Positions 13,145 to 24,611 of a stretch of 64,000 bases of DNA are shown piece by piece. Source of the DNA: Macrostomum hystrix (taxonomy: Eukaryota > Animalia > Platyhelminthes); the NCBI GenBank assembly GCA_950097015.1, contig CATNEN010000003.1:15252001-15316000 (forward strand), read 5' to 3'. The translations under genes and the position numbers were made by a program. Position 1 is the stretch's first letter. Every line of letters starts with the position of its first letter. The notes beneath the pieces are model-generated. The model did no database searches and had not been told where the DNA came from. It saw only the letters and a program-made list of their open reading frames with translations.

Positions 13145-13425
13145 CATACATGCGCAACCTCCCGAATCTTAGCCGGCCGTGTGACTTAGTTTTTGCTCTC
13201 ATTTGCGACTTAGTTCGTTTCATTGCTCTATTTACGACTTAGTTTGCTCTCATTTGCTCTCTTTTTCTCTCCCCTTTTTCCTTTTCTTCACGCCTTCCTT
13301 TTTTGTCCCTTGGTCCCCCCTTTGATTTTTTTGCGCTTGGTCAATTGGTTTTTGCGACTTACCTTGCTTAGCCCTCGTTTCACCCGGCCGGTTCGGCCGG
13401 GTCGGCCGGGTGTTGCGCATGTATG
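13145..13425 (+). mobile_element. ~280-bp MITE (TIR CATACATGCGCAAC, 8-bp TSD)
   Basis: TSD gataaggt at 13137-13144 and 13426-13433; homologous copies at 20948-21059, 21144-21393 and 22716-22995. Confidence 0.9.
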
Positions 13426-13915
13426 GATAAGGTAGTGAATCTTTTAGTGAATCTATGCATCTTTTATGTGTATCTAGATGCTATGCTGGTTGTTTTTGCT
13501 ACTTGATTTTTAAGGAAAAAAATTTTTAGCTGAATTCAAGGGAAATTGTGTAATGATTGGGCAGCTATAGTTCAGATTATATAATACATATGCCTAAAAT
13601 TTTGTATGCATCTATATTACTAGCAATGTTCAGTTTAACTCAATTACAATATACTTTTATCACTCTATCCATAACCCCAACCATAAGTGCATCTTTCTTG
13701 ACTAGGTAATCTTTATTAACTTTTGATTTAAAAAGTAAAGTGTAACATGCTATAGCAAATAGCAAAGCAATAGGCATAGCTTAGCTAGGTAAAGGCATTT
13801 TTAGCAAATTAAGCAACTTAGTAACATTTTCATTTTCACATTGCATGAAATTTTGGCTTTAATATCTGTATATAGGTTCCTTAATAACTTTATTTCCTTT
13901 TCTTTATTTTCTTAG

Positions 13916-14441
13916 GGAGCAACGGTTTTGGTCAACGAAAATGAGCAGAAGCATGTTGCTGCTTGATTGGTTTTTCATCAAAAGTCCTCGAGCGGCTCAA
14001 ACATTTCGGTTTATTCAAGGAAGAAAGGCGAGCCGAGGCCGATCACGCCGGACACCTGAATCAATGAAGATTAATGGCATCTCTTTTCACAGTATCAGCA
14101 ATAAGCGCAAAGGTTCATCTGTCAGTTATATCTGCGAGTATCAGCAGCCCGATTCGAACGCGAGATGCTTTGGCACGATTCTAAAGTTTGAATCCGAAAC
14201 GGTCGCTACAGTTGCTCCTCTCCCCAAAGCGACACATTTTCAGACGCATTTCAGCATGTGCACTGATGTGCCGCTAATCGATCTGTTCGTTCTCGAGCGG
14301 GATCGACAAGATGTCCCGATCTCTGAGGACCAGTTAAAGGTCGACTGCAGATATCTACGCCGAAAGTGTGTACTAATCCCTTTAGCGAACTCGAAAATTA
14401 CTTTTGTCGCACCTATTTTGCTACTAAATGAACATAATTAA
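13916..14441 (+). pseudogene. Terminal exon of a CACTA transposase (remnant)
   Basis: Acceptor ttttcttag ends at 13915. Translation includes KINGISFHSISNKRKGSSVSYICEY, CFGTILKF, LRRKCVLIP and C-terminal EHN*, typical of CACTA-like transposase C-termini. I found no catalytic-core exons upstream within the element. Confidence 0.75.
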
Positions 14442-14454
14442 ACTGTCATTGCTC

Positions 14455-14750
14455 ATTCCCGTTGCGTTGCGTTGCCCATTCATGTAGCATTCACATTGCC
14501 TATTCACGTTGCCTATACACACTGCCCATTCGCATTGCCTATTCACGTTGCGTTGCCAATTCATGTAGCATTCACGTTGCCTATTCACGTCGCCTATTCA
14601 CGTTGCCTATACACGTTGCGTTGCCAATTAATGTAGCATTCACATTGCCTATTCACGTTGCCTATACACACTGCCCATTCGCATTGCCTATTCACGTTGC
14701 GTTGCCAATTCATGTAGCATTCGCATTGCCTATTCACATTGCCTATTCCT
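14455..14750. repeat. Subterminal short repeats (cacgttgcctatt-type) of element B
   Basis: Interleaved gttgcctattcac / gttgcgttgcc units directly after the transposase stop. Confidence 0.8.
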
Positions 14751-17414
14751 AAGGCAAGAATTAAAGGATTATGGATTAAGATTTAAGGATTATATCGAAT
14801 TAAGGATCCGTATGAGAACCAATAAGGTTTTAAGCACTTATCGTCTCTTGAAAACTGACTTGCTTTCTTAATTTGAACGTTCTTCCTAATAATTTCAATA
14901 ATTCAAAGTGCATGAAAATCGGGATCCGTCACTATAAATTCTTGCAAAAATCTTAACAGATCTTATTGTATTCTTAAACGATCTTGCCAGATCTGACTAC
15001 TTTTCTTGTAATATCTTGCCAGATCGGTCAAGAAAACTCAAGTCAGATCTTATACTTTCTTTGCAAAAAGTGCACGATTTTGTAAGTCAGATATGGCAAG
15101 ATGGCGAAAGTCATTGTCGACTAGGGTATACCTTATCTATCGATGCCAAGCGGCGCAGCGGTTGTCGAATAGCTCGATCCTATATGAATGAATCCCTGAT
15201 TTTGTGACTACCAACAGCGGCAGTCACCAACCGAAAGCCACGGCGCAGTTGCACCGCAACCTAGCTACGCAGACAGAAGCAGCGTCACTGCAACACCCTG
15301 TGCCTTGCAAACAGACGTCCATATGGAGAACATGCAACCTCTAGTGTCTTCGACTACTTTGACACCCACGATAGTCGTACAGGACTAACGCATGCAGTGT
15401 TAGCTCAATAGAGTTCAGCAATTGTAACGCCTTTGGTTAGAATGCTTAGCGCTCTCCTTGACCTTTATCTTTGCACCAGCTATACCGGCCGGCCTCGCTC
15501 TCAAGAGCCGCGCAAGTCGCTAACCATGCAGTACATATCAAGCTCGGCCGTCCACTCCGGCGCCGGCCTCCGTACTTAGGCTGCAGTTGGGCGATACGAC
15601 AATACGCGCACACGACCTGCGCGTCGTTTTATGCAGACGTCATCGTCGCGTCATATGTTTCTTCTTGCCTGCTGCGTTGGCATCGTCCTAGATATCGGCT
15701 ATCGGCACCTAACTATTGCGCGTAGCGACGTAATTGCAGCGCCCTTTAGCGGCACTTATTGGACGCGTCGACCAGGGTGTCGGCCGACTATAGTCCAGCC
15801 AACGGACGTTGCTTATTTCGCAGCTGCTGTGCAATTGGCATGTCAGCCGTGCTTTTTGCCGCTATCCGCATGCACCTAAGCAGACATCGCCATCCAGAGA
15901 GGCTAGCAGCAAATGCACAAGTAGTTTAATACGAGCTCGTATACACAAAACGATAGCAGCTGTCTAATGTGCAGACTGGTGGACGACCGGCAAGTACTTT
16001 TTATCTGCGAGCGCGAATTTAATCATTCTGCCACTTTAAAAGTTTTACATAAGTTTCTGCACATTTTTCAGTTCCACAAAACTCGTATCACTATACTTTC
16101 TTCTTTAAACGATGCAGTATACAGGGTCTTCAACAAGAATCGCTGATTATCTCGAATTCGGATGCCTTTGAAATCGTCGTATTCATCGTATTAATTCAGG
16201 GATTCATCTTCGAAATCGTGCCTTACGATCGTCGTAAGGGCGGAAACGTTTGATCCATATGGGGGACTTTCACAAAAATCGGTAATACGGTTTGGGAGCT
16301 ATCACGTGCCATTCTTTCAGTAAAATGCGCTGCTCCAGTTTTAAATTATTTTTTTTATATTTATTATTCGACTGAACAAAAATCGTTTCATGCATGGTTT
16401 AGGGCAAAAATTCGCTACCGATCGACGACTGCTTTAAAGAGAGATTGTAATGTGACGTTGTCACTTGTTGAAGGCGCCCCTGCAATATTACTCTATGCGT
16501 TGATTACATGCTTAATTTCCTAATTATGTACTAGCTTGGGCCGTTTTAACTCATCGTATAATATCATCCAATTCTGTTAATTTATATTATTAAGTCAAAT
16601 TATTAGCACGCTACTGTCAGTAACCATAAACGCATATCGCGCCACTCTAGCTATTTCATACGCGTATCTTAATGTATTTCCCCCCCGGCCAATGAGCGTG
16701 CGAGCTCTGGCTGGCCGGAAGTATCGATCGCTATGTTTTTCAGTCAGCCTAGTTTACTTAATCAAGGGCTTCAGGCCCGCTCGCGTTCACGTTCGCACTT
16801 TCAGTCAGTCATTCATTCATTCTTTTCTCACATTCTTTCTACCTTTCTGTCGGTCGTTCTTTCCTTCCTTCCGTTCCGCCCTACTACGTTTCGTGCTGTG
16901 CCATCCTCTCACTACACTCCTACATTCGGTTCTGTTCGTGTCCAACAATCACCATTACGAGCTCCTACGCCTTACATAACGCCCTGCTTGTCGACGTCCC
17001 AGTGCACCCAGAATAAAAGTGCTACCGCTACATCACAGACATTACTGACTTCGAATTGCCAAACTTACAATTGCCGCTGCTCTGACTTCGACTTCGTCCT
17101 TTGTGTTTTAATCGTCACAGTAAAGTCTATTGCTATCACTGCCTCACTTCATAGAGAGTTAGGAACTGAATTGACTACTCGTAGATCTAGCCGCAGATAT
17201 GACTTTGCAGTCTTAGTGTAACCTAATGTCTAAATAAATTTGCCAATGTTGAAAACAATATCTATTACTGACACTGCGTGAATCGCAGAAAACGAACGAG
17301 GCGCTTAATTCTTATAAACAAACATGCAAATAGGTGCAAATATGCATCGAAATCCTTACATTTCGAACACAATATCACTAGATCTTCTATCTAGATCTAT
17401 AGTATAGAACACTT

Positions 17415-17690
17415 CTAGAACACAATTGTCGTCTTGCTGCAACGCCGAAAACAGCAGGTGCACGCAGCGCTGATGAAGCCACGGAACTCCGGCATGAAGA
17501 TGTCGTAGATGAGCGGGTTGATGGCGATCTGTTCAGGTTCAACAGGAACGAATCCAGACTGTCAATGAAGCCGCCCTTTGGAACTGGGATTCCGATGCAG
17601 AGCAGAAAGTAGTCCACAGAGTCCATTGCGAAGAGCAGCACAAAGGCACCGCTTGTGAATCCGGTCATCCGGTCACCGCTTTTAGCTGTC
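17415..17690 (-). pseudogene. Class A (rhodopsin-like) GPCR fragment, TM6-TM7-helix 8, frameshifted
   Basis: KSGDRMTGFTSGAFVLLFAMDSVDYFLLCIG...SFLLNLN, a frameshift near 17527, then AINPLIYDIFMPEFRGFISAACTCCF...* (NPxxY at 17519-17505, helix-8 EFR, distal cysteines). Confidence 0.7.
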
Positions 17691-18169
17691 AATGGACGAG
17701 ATTACGTTGCATGAGTAATCTAAAAGGATGCCTAATTGCTAATGGGTACTAGAACACTATAGTTATTTATAGTTATTTTAGTATCTGCGGCTTCCTAAAA
17801 ATTTAGATTGTAAAGTTTTTCGATTTTCGTTTATGATTTGTTCAGAGACGTGTGTATAAAGTTTTACTATCAATCAGTTAAGGCCGTAGACAATAACTCC
17901 TAACGCTGTAGACTCCGCACACAGTGTCTTCTCAGTCCTCCGCATATAGACTATAAAAGAAAATGCTATAGACATTGATGATTTCTATATCCAACGTGAA
18001 GTATGCCGGGCTGTGAAATTGCAGGCGATTGATAGATTCATTTACATAGAAATACCGGGTACCGAGGTAGAAGCGACAATTCCCATGCAGTTTATGCCAG
18101 TTATGCATGCAGCCATGCAGCTTTTAGACCATAGACTATAGAGGCGTCACAACCCACCCTAATTTCTAC

Positions 18170-18336
18170 CCTAGCTAAATCCCCAGCATCGCTCAGTACG
18201 TCGGTATACCCATGCAGTTGGGTGAACGGAAGCAATAGGGAATTGCGTGCCGTGTTCGAGAGGACGCAAAACAGTTTTTTGGCGTGAGATTAGAACTCCT
18301 GACCTCCATCACACGACGTCTCAAATGGGCTACAAG
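18170..18336 (-). mobile_element. Degenerate tRNA-derived SINE related to the copy at 41472
   Basis: Reverse strand reads ttgtagcc...ggaggtcaggagttctaatc...attgcttccgttcacccaactgcatgggta, matching the head and central segment of the 41472 SINE. Confidence 0.5.
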
Positions 18337-18446
18337 GTGAGTAGTATAGGGAGAGAAAAATTATTCCGTAAGGTCAAAGTGGCTTTGTATTTTATTAATT
18401 ATGTTTCTTGTCGTTCGGCATAAAAAGAAAAACAGCACAAAATATT

Positions 18447-18559
18447 TGTCAGAGGTGGGATTTGAACCCACGCATCCTTTCGGATACCAGAACGCTCAGG
18501 CAGCGAAGGCTAATTTGCACCCTTGAGTCTGGCGCCTTAGACCACTCGGCCACCCTGAC
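18447..18559 (-). tRNA. trnL-CAA: tRNA-Leu(CAA) with 29-nt intron (18521-18493)
   Basis: GTCAGGGTGGCCGAGTGGTCTAAGGCGCCAGACTCAAG[intron]TTCTGGTATCCGAAAGGATGCGTGGGTTCAAATCCCACCTCTGACA; paired acceptor stem, long variable arm, intron at the canonical 37/38 position, downstream T-runs as Pol III terminator. Confidence 0.95.
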
Positions 18560-20947
18560 TTAGGATTGGCCTTGTGCTTTCAGTCCGATATATAGAACAG
18601 CTATTACTACGTACTGTACGCGCAAAAACAGTTCCAGTGTTAAAAAATGTTCTAATAATAGAAGCTTGTGCACATTCGGAAATTTCACCCGACCAGCCCA
18701 GCCAACAGTAGTCGAGACTTGCACCTCTTACATACGCATGCGCGTGCGGTGCAACTGCAGTAATACTCGTATAGTAGACACAAGGGACTATTGTTGAATT
18801 GTTCATCGATCAAATTTTCACGTGAGTTTATGTGCAGGTTACTCTAGCTGCTGTAGTGAGATTATTATCTTACCATGAGCTATTTTTGGCTCATAAAGAC
18901 ATTATTCTGTACGCTAGATGTACATTTGTAATTCGAACGCTTATAGTAGGCGTCAACAAATATTTGGTAGGTAGTATGCGGGAATTGTCCCAAAATCACT
19001 GCTGAGAATTCGTCCTACTTGTACACTGCTGACATTCCCAAGCTAAAATAAAATATTCCATATCGAACGCGAGATCCGATTGTTTTTTTAAATAACTGAA
19101 TGCATGCTGCACGAGTTTTTATAAGTCGAGTAAGCTTCAGAAGTTTTTAACTATGCGAGAATAGGCACATATGGAGATTGTTGATCGCATAACAATGACG
19201 AATGCATTCATCACCTAGTGTACAGAGTACGACAACGCGCAAGTTATTAAAAACTACAATTACTAGTAGATCAGACGTTGCACGATGGAATATACAGCTT
19301 CACGATGGTGAGTTAGAATATTAATAAACATAAGCATAAATTAGAGTATTAGAAAAGTAGCGGAGAGTTGTACAGAACTCAGGTATTCGCTAAAGTTCGC
19401 TAAATGCTCGCTCATCTCGTCTCTCGCGAGCTCAGTGTGTAAAACAAAATACACTCGATTAAATTTGGTGCGAAAAGCAAATATCAATTTACGCCTCTGT
19501 AAATGAAAAAAGTAAGATCTATAAAATTAATATTCGGTGGCAAAACATTTTTAAACTAGGAACAATTTTCTTTGCATTATGAGCCAAAACAAGTTACTTA
19601 ACAGCGAGACTTTGTTTAAACCACCCGGAAGAATTCTTCAAATTGCAGAAATCAAAGAATTTGCTGTGATAAATTTAAGCTCTTTTTTTAAAAAGTAATA
19701 TGTAATTAAGCATCAGTTTTTGCTGAGCTAGATATCTAGCTTTGTAATTACTTCTATTAGTGCATTCCGAATTGAAAATTCGCAAACTTAAGTTTATATT
19801 TATGCCTTTGCTGTCAATCTAGATAATCTGATAGTCCAGATTCACTTAACAAAGAATAGAGATGTATCATGTATCTAAAAATTGTATTATGTAATAATGA
19901 GTCTCTTTAACTTATTAAAGTCTTTTTATAAGCATACAGCTGATAAAATATAATTGAAAAAGAAAGAACTACAGAATTACTTTGTTGTTTGCAAATGACT
20001 TAAAGCAAAAAGTTTTTTCTAAATTTCCATCACACAGCTAATAGGCCTACTTTAAAAAAATAACAAATTCTGGCACAGTATAACTTTTTTCTTTTTGCAC
20101 TAATTGTAGCATATAAACACTTGTTGTAAAGTAAATTTTGTCTTCTTTCTATTGATAGTATGCTTTATTTTCTTAACATAAAATTAATGTTCTTTTTTTA
20201 TTAGAACATTGTATATTGTTTTATATCTTTTTTTCATTTTTTCCATTTTTTCTCATTAGAGTCCCTAGTATAGCTATGATCAATACAGTAATCTATATAT
20301 TACTGATATTTTTGTATCTGCTCTTTTAACTGGATAGATAAAAAGGTAGCTATTTGTCAAGTAAACCGAACAAATAGGCCTATCCAAAATGGCTATTTGT
20401 CCTATTAGCTTGAAGAATATCTGAAATAGCTAATTGTCTGGTAAATTGGACAAATAACAACTGCTCTCATATATTGCATTAACTAGGTTTTAAACTGTTA
20501 ATTTTAATTTAAATGGGTACGTGCCTTAAATTCTACACCCTAAAAATCACATAAATATGACCATTTTCTTAGGAAATGCCAAATTGTAATATCTAGCATC
20601 ATTTTACAGTTTTCTGCATGTTTTAAAGGGTATAAGACCAAGACTACCACAAATAGAGAGGGGGAATATCTGCTGATCTTCTATTGGATAGCTCAGGTGG
20701 GGAGATGTGAGGTTGGTAACAACTGGGGCCTATAGTCCCAAGTATGCTCTGTGCACGCGAGAACTGTTTTTGCCCTTACATGCTGTACACGGGAGGTCAA
20801 CCACCGATGCACGCCGCATGCTAAGCTGAATGACGGGGGGGAAGGTTCCAACTTCCAGTGTCCGATGTATGAACGCATTTTATGAAGCATGTCCATATTT
20901 GTCCATTTGTCCACATTTGTATTAAACATGCGTTAAACAAACATTAA

Positions 20948-22112
20948 TCCCCCCTTTGATTTTTTTGCACTTGGTCGATTGGTTTTTGTGACTTACCTTG
21001 CTTGGCCCTCGTTTCACCCGGCCGGTTTGGCCGGGTCAGCCGGGTGTTGCGCATGTATGTACTATACGGTTTGTATTTATTATAAGTTGAAATGCTTTAT
21101 AAGTTTGTATAGCATAAAAAACTTTCTTATTTTATTATACATGATACATGCGCAACACCCAGCCGACCCAGCCAAACCTGCCGGGTGAAAAGAGGGCCAA
21201 GCAAGGTAAGTCACAAAAACCAATCGACCAAGCGCAAAAAAATCAAAGGGGGGACCAAGGGACAAAAAAGGAAGGCATGAAGAAAAGGAAAGAGGGGAGA
21301 GAAAAAGAGAGCAAATGAGAGCAAACTAAGTCGTAAATAGAGCAAAAACTAAGTCGCACGGCCGGCTAAGATTTGGGAGGTTGCGCATGTATGTATACAT
21401 GCGCAACACCCGGCCGACCCGGCCAATCCGGCCGGGTGACGAGCGGCCGAGCAAGGTAAGTCGCAAAAATGGCCACCCGAGAAAAAAATCGGACAGAAAA
21501 AAACGAGCGGAAAAAAGAAAAGAAGGCAGGAAAAGGAGGAAAGCAGAGAAAGGAAAGAAGAAAGGAAGGAAAGCAAATGGGGAAAGAAGCAAAAACGTGA
21601 CAAAATCTGCAATCAGAGGCAACTTAGTCACATTCCAAGGGAAGTAAGTTGCATTCAGAGGGAAGTAAATTGCAATCAGAGGGAAGTAAGTCGCATTCCA
21701 AGGTAAGTAAGTCGCGGCGTACATTTGAAATTTGAATTTCTGGCACACAAGACCATTTTTCTGGCCTACAGTATGACACATTTGTGAGTATGGTGATGGT
21801 GATGTTGAGCCTCATGGTCTCCGGCACCACCTGGAAGATCCGATTGGACAAGCAGGGAAGCAGCTTGATGGGCGACGCCACGCAGCTGACCTCACCAATT
21901 TCATTCACGCCGACGATCGAGTCGCCAGAGTGCACTCTGCTGCCAGCGGAAGACTAATTAGATGACGAGGCATTTTACTATTGCAACACAGTCATAGTTA
22001 CCCCTGCCGTTTACCCAGATAAAAAATTTGGGCATAGGTATGTCGCATTTTTTTAAAAACGAAGTCGCACGGCCGGTGTAAATTTGGGAGGTTGCGCATA
22101 TATGCATGTATG
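20948..22112. mobile_element. Cluster of CATACATGCGCAAC-family elements: partial copy 20948-21059 (+), full copy 21144-21393 (-), and a longer relative 21136-22112 whose terminus is split by that copy
   Basis: Shared TIRs and homology to the 13145 and 22716 copies; tatacatg duplicated at 21136-21143 and 21394-21401. Confidence 0.75.
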
Positions 22113-22715
22113 TTATACATACAAAAATATTACTAAGTACATTGTTTTGATATCGTGAGACATTCCCTTTAAACTTATAAAAGTTTACACCAAAACCATT
22201 GCACACAGAAAATTTTATGATGTGTGCCACTACGCAGCCCATGCCAAAAACAATTTACTGCCTCTCGGCTGCACGCCGTGCACGCGGCCCATCACTGCCC
22301 AAGACCCTGTTGCACGCGATAATTTTCCCCAAAAAACAGCATCTTCGGGAGTATGGACTGGGGCTTTATTAGCAGTCAAGTTATTCCATTTCAAATATGA
22401 ATAAAAATGTTTCTCAGGTTTTTAGGCTCTTACTTTTAGTTGGCAACAAAAAACTCATTCTCTGAAGAGAATATTAGAAAATACTGTAACCATTTCAGAG
22501 CAGCCTTGTTGCTGGGTGCCAGCAATTATTTGTCACTGATTAACGATGTACTTTCAGTTCCAATTTAAAAAAGGAGTTATGTCCTAACCCCTTCTCATCT
22601 GTGGAGCCAGACAAAGTTTTGGTCTTAGTCATGTACCTTTTAAAGTTTTAAACCTAAAAGTGTGCCATGACAAATTAAATTTAAATACACACATATTTGA
22701 AATGCTTGACCAGGC

Positions 22716-22995
22716 CATACATGCGCAACCTCCCAAATCTTAGCCGGCCGTGCGACTTAGTTTTTGCTCTCATTTGCGACTTAGTTCATTTCATTGCTCT
22801 ATTTACGACTTAGTTTGCTCTCATTTGCTCTCTTTTTCTCTCCCCTTTTTCCTTTTCTTCACGCCTTCCTTTTTTGTCCCTTGGTCCCCCTTTGATTTTT
22901 TTGCGCTTGGTCAATTGGTTTTTGCGACTTACCTTGCTTGGCCCTCGTTTCACCCAGCCGGTTCGGCCGGGTCGGCCAGGTGTTGCGCATGTATG
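22716..22995 (+). mobile_element. MITE copy (same family as 13145)
   Basis: TIR CATACATGCGCAAC; TSD gaccaggc at 22708-22715 and 22996-23003. Confidence 0.9.
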
Positions 22996-23914
22996 GACCA
23001 GGCTATATACTTTAAGCTGTCAATCAATGAGAAAAATTTGCAATGAATATCTGTTTTGTTGGATCTATTTTTTAAAGTATATTCCTGTGTTTGCAAATTA
23101 GGACAATTTGGTTAAAATATGTGACACTTGTCTATAACTAGTGTAGTATATAATGCATTTGATTAATTTCATGAAAAAAAATTATATTTAAAAATTTACT
23201 TTTTATAGCATGATATCATACCCTTGAGATTTATTAATAGTATCTGCCATAATTAAAAATTTTAGAGAGCAGCCATGTGCCTAATATATGGGGGGTTTTG
23301 ACTTGTTTGCTGGCTTAAGTTTTCAAATTAAAGACATTGTCACTGTATCATAAAAAACTACAGCTCAATATTAAGGATGCGGCAGTCATGTCTATGTGCC
23401 TAACATTCCAGCTTATGGGCATGACAGCCTTGCCTCTTAGTGTGATGTTATATAAATTAAACTGTGCCTTTTTAAGAGAGTTATATGATAATTTGAATAA
23501 AAATGATAGCACCTAAACAGGCAAAAAGCTAGACTAACAAAATGCTATTTTTTGTCCACTGTTATTAAAGGCAGTCAAATTTATATGATAGTTTGCTACT
23601 TATTTGTTTAATATATTGTTAATTATAAGAACTAAAATCTTTATTTGCAGCTTATTTGATAGTTTTTGCCTTTATGTTTTGACATTGCTTAAAATTTCAA
23701 TTAAATATTAAAAAATATAAGAACTCTCTTTGAGAGCATATGAATAATACATTTTTGTTTGAATAATAGCTAATACATTTGAATAGTTTTTTGCATTGGC
23801 TTTTATTTCTTATGTGTGTCTAAATTTAATTGGCATAAAATTATGAATCTAAATCTACTAAAATCCTTGCTTATGATAGCATAATTTATAGTTACAGCCA
23901 TAAGGCACATAAGG

Positions 23915-24153
23915 CACTTTTAGGCACACACACAAAAATACCAGACACAGGCACATGCTCACACAGGTGTGTAAATCTGCCTTGACTTTCTCATTGTCAG
24001 GCAGTGTACACTCACTATGCCTTCGAGGTTGGCCCTTAAAGGCATTAAATTGCATTATATGCCCCAAGCCCCTAATTGAATGCAGCCTCGCCATGTAATT
24101 AAACTTAGAGAGACTGTGGTGTGAGAGGCACACCCATTAACTGCTCTGCCAGC
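23915..24153 (-). mobile_element. Decayed SINE-like repeat (family of 38350-38689)
   Basis: Shares ctcacacaggtgtgta, gtcaggcagtgtacactc, gaggttggccct and ttaactgctc with 38350-38689. Confidence 0.65.
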
Positions 24154-24611
24154 AAACCTCCTAGTCTTTGATTTCTTATTTTTCTTGTTGTTTTTTTAAA
24201 GAAGATATGCTTAAAAATTGTAGTTCTTTTTAATTTCAAGTTAAAAGTTCTAACTGCTACAAGTAAATAAAAATAATGGTTGGGTAACTTTCTAATGATT
24301 TCTTTTTTAATAAAACTTTTATTCTAAGCAACTTGACAATCAAGTATTCATCTAATTAATGAACTTTGCTTTGTTTGCAGAGGATATCTAAAAATCTCAG
24401 AAGCTTACGAGGCTAACCCAGCAACTGAATTGTAACCCGATGCCAGTTTACTGCCAGTGCATTAGCGCCATGGCAACTGGCATAGCAACCGTTTTAACAA
24501 CTGGTTGATCTAAACAAAAAAATCAAGTCGTAAAATAATCTCTTTTTTTCCCGAGAATTTTCTCATTGAAGAAAACAATTTTTTGCTGCTATTTTTTAAA
24601 TCGGCGCCGAC

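Larger units (their letters stand above)
8607..15126 (+). mobile_element. CACTA/EnSpm-like element B, internally deleted (non-autonomous)
   Basis: TIRs CCCTAGTTGACAAT (8607) and ATTGTCGACTAGGG (15126); 2-bp TSD TA at 8605-6 and 15127-8; ATCTGACTTA subterminal motif at both ends; transposase C-terminal exon inside. Confidence 0.85.

Noticed and set aside
15129-15900. GC-rich segment continuing 8425-8606 across element B
   Set aside because: No recognisable protein or RNA motif in the frames I examined; left unannotated.
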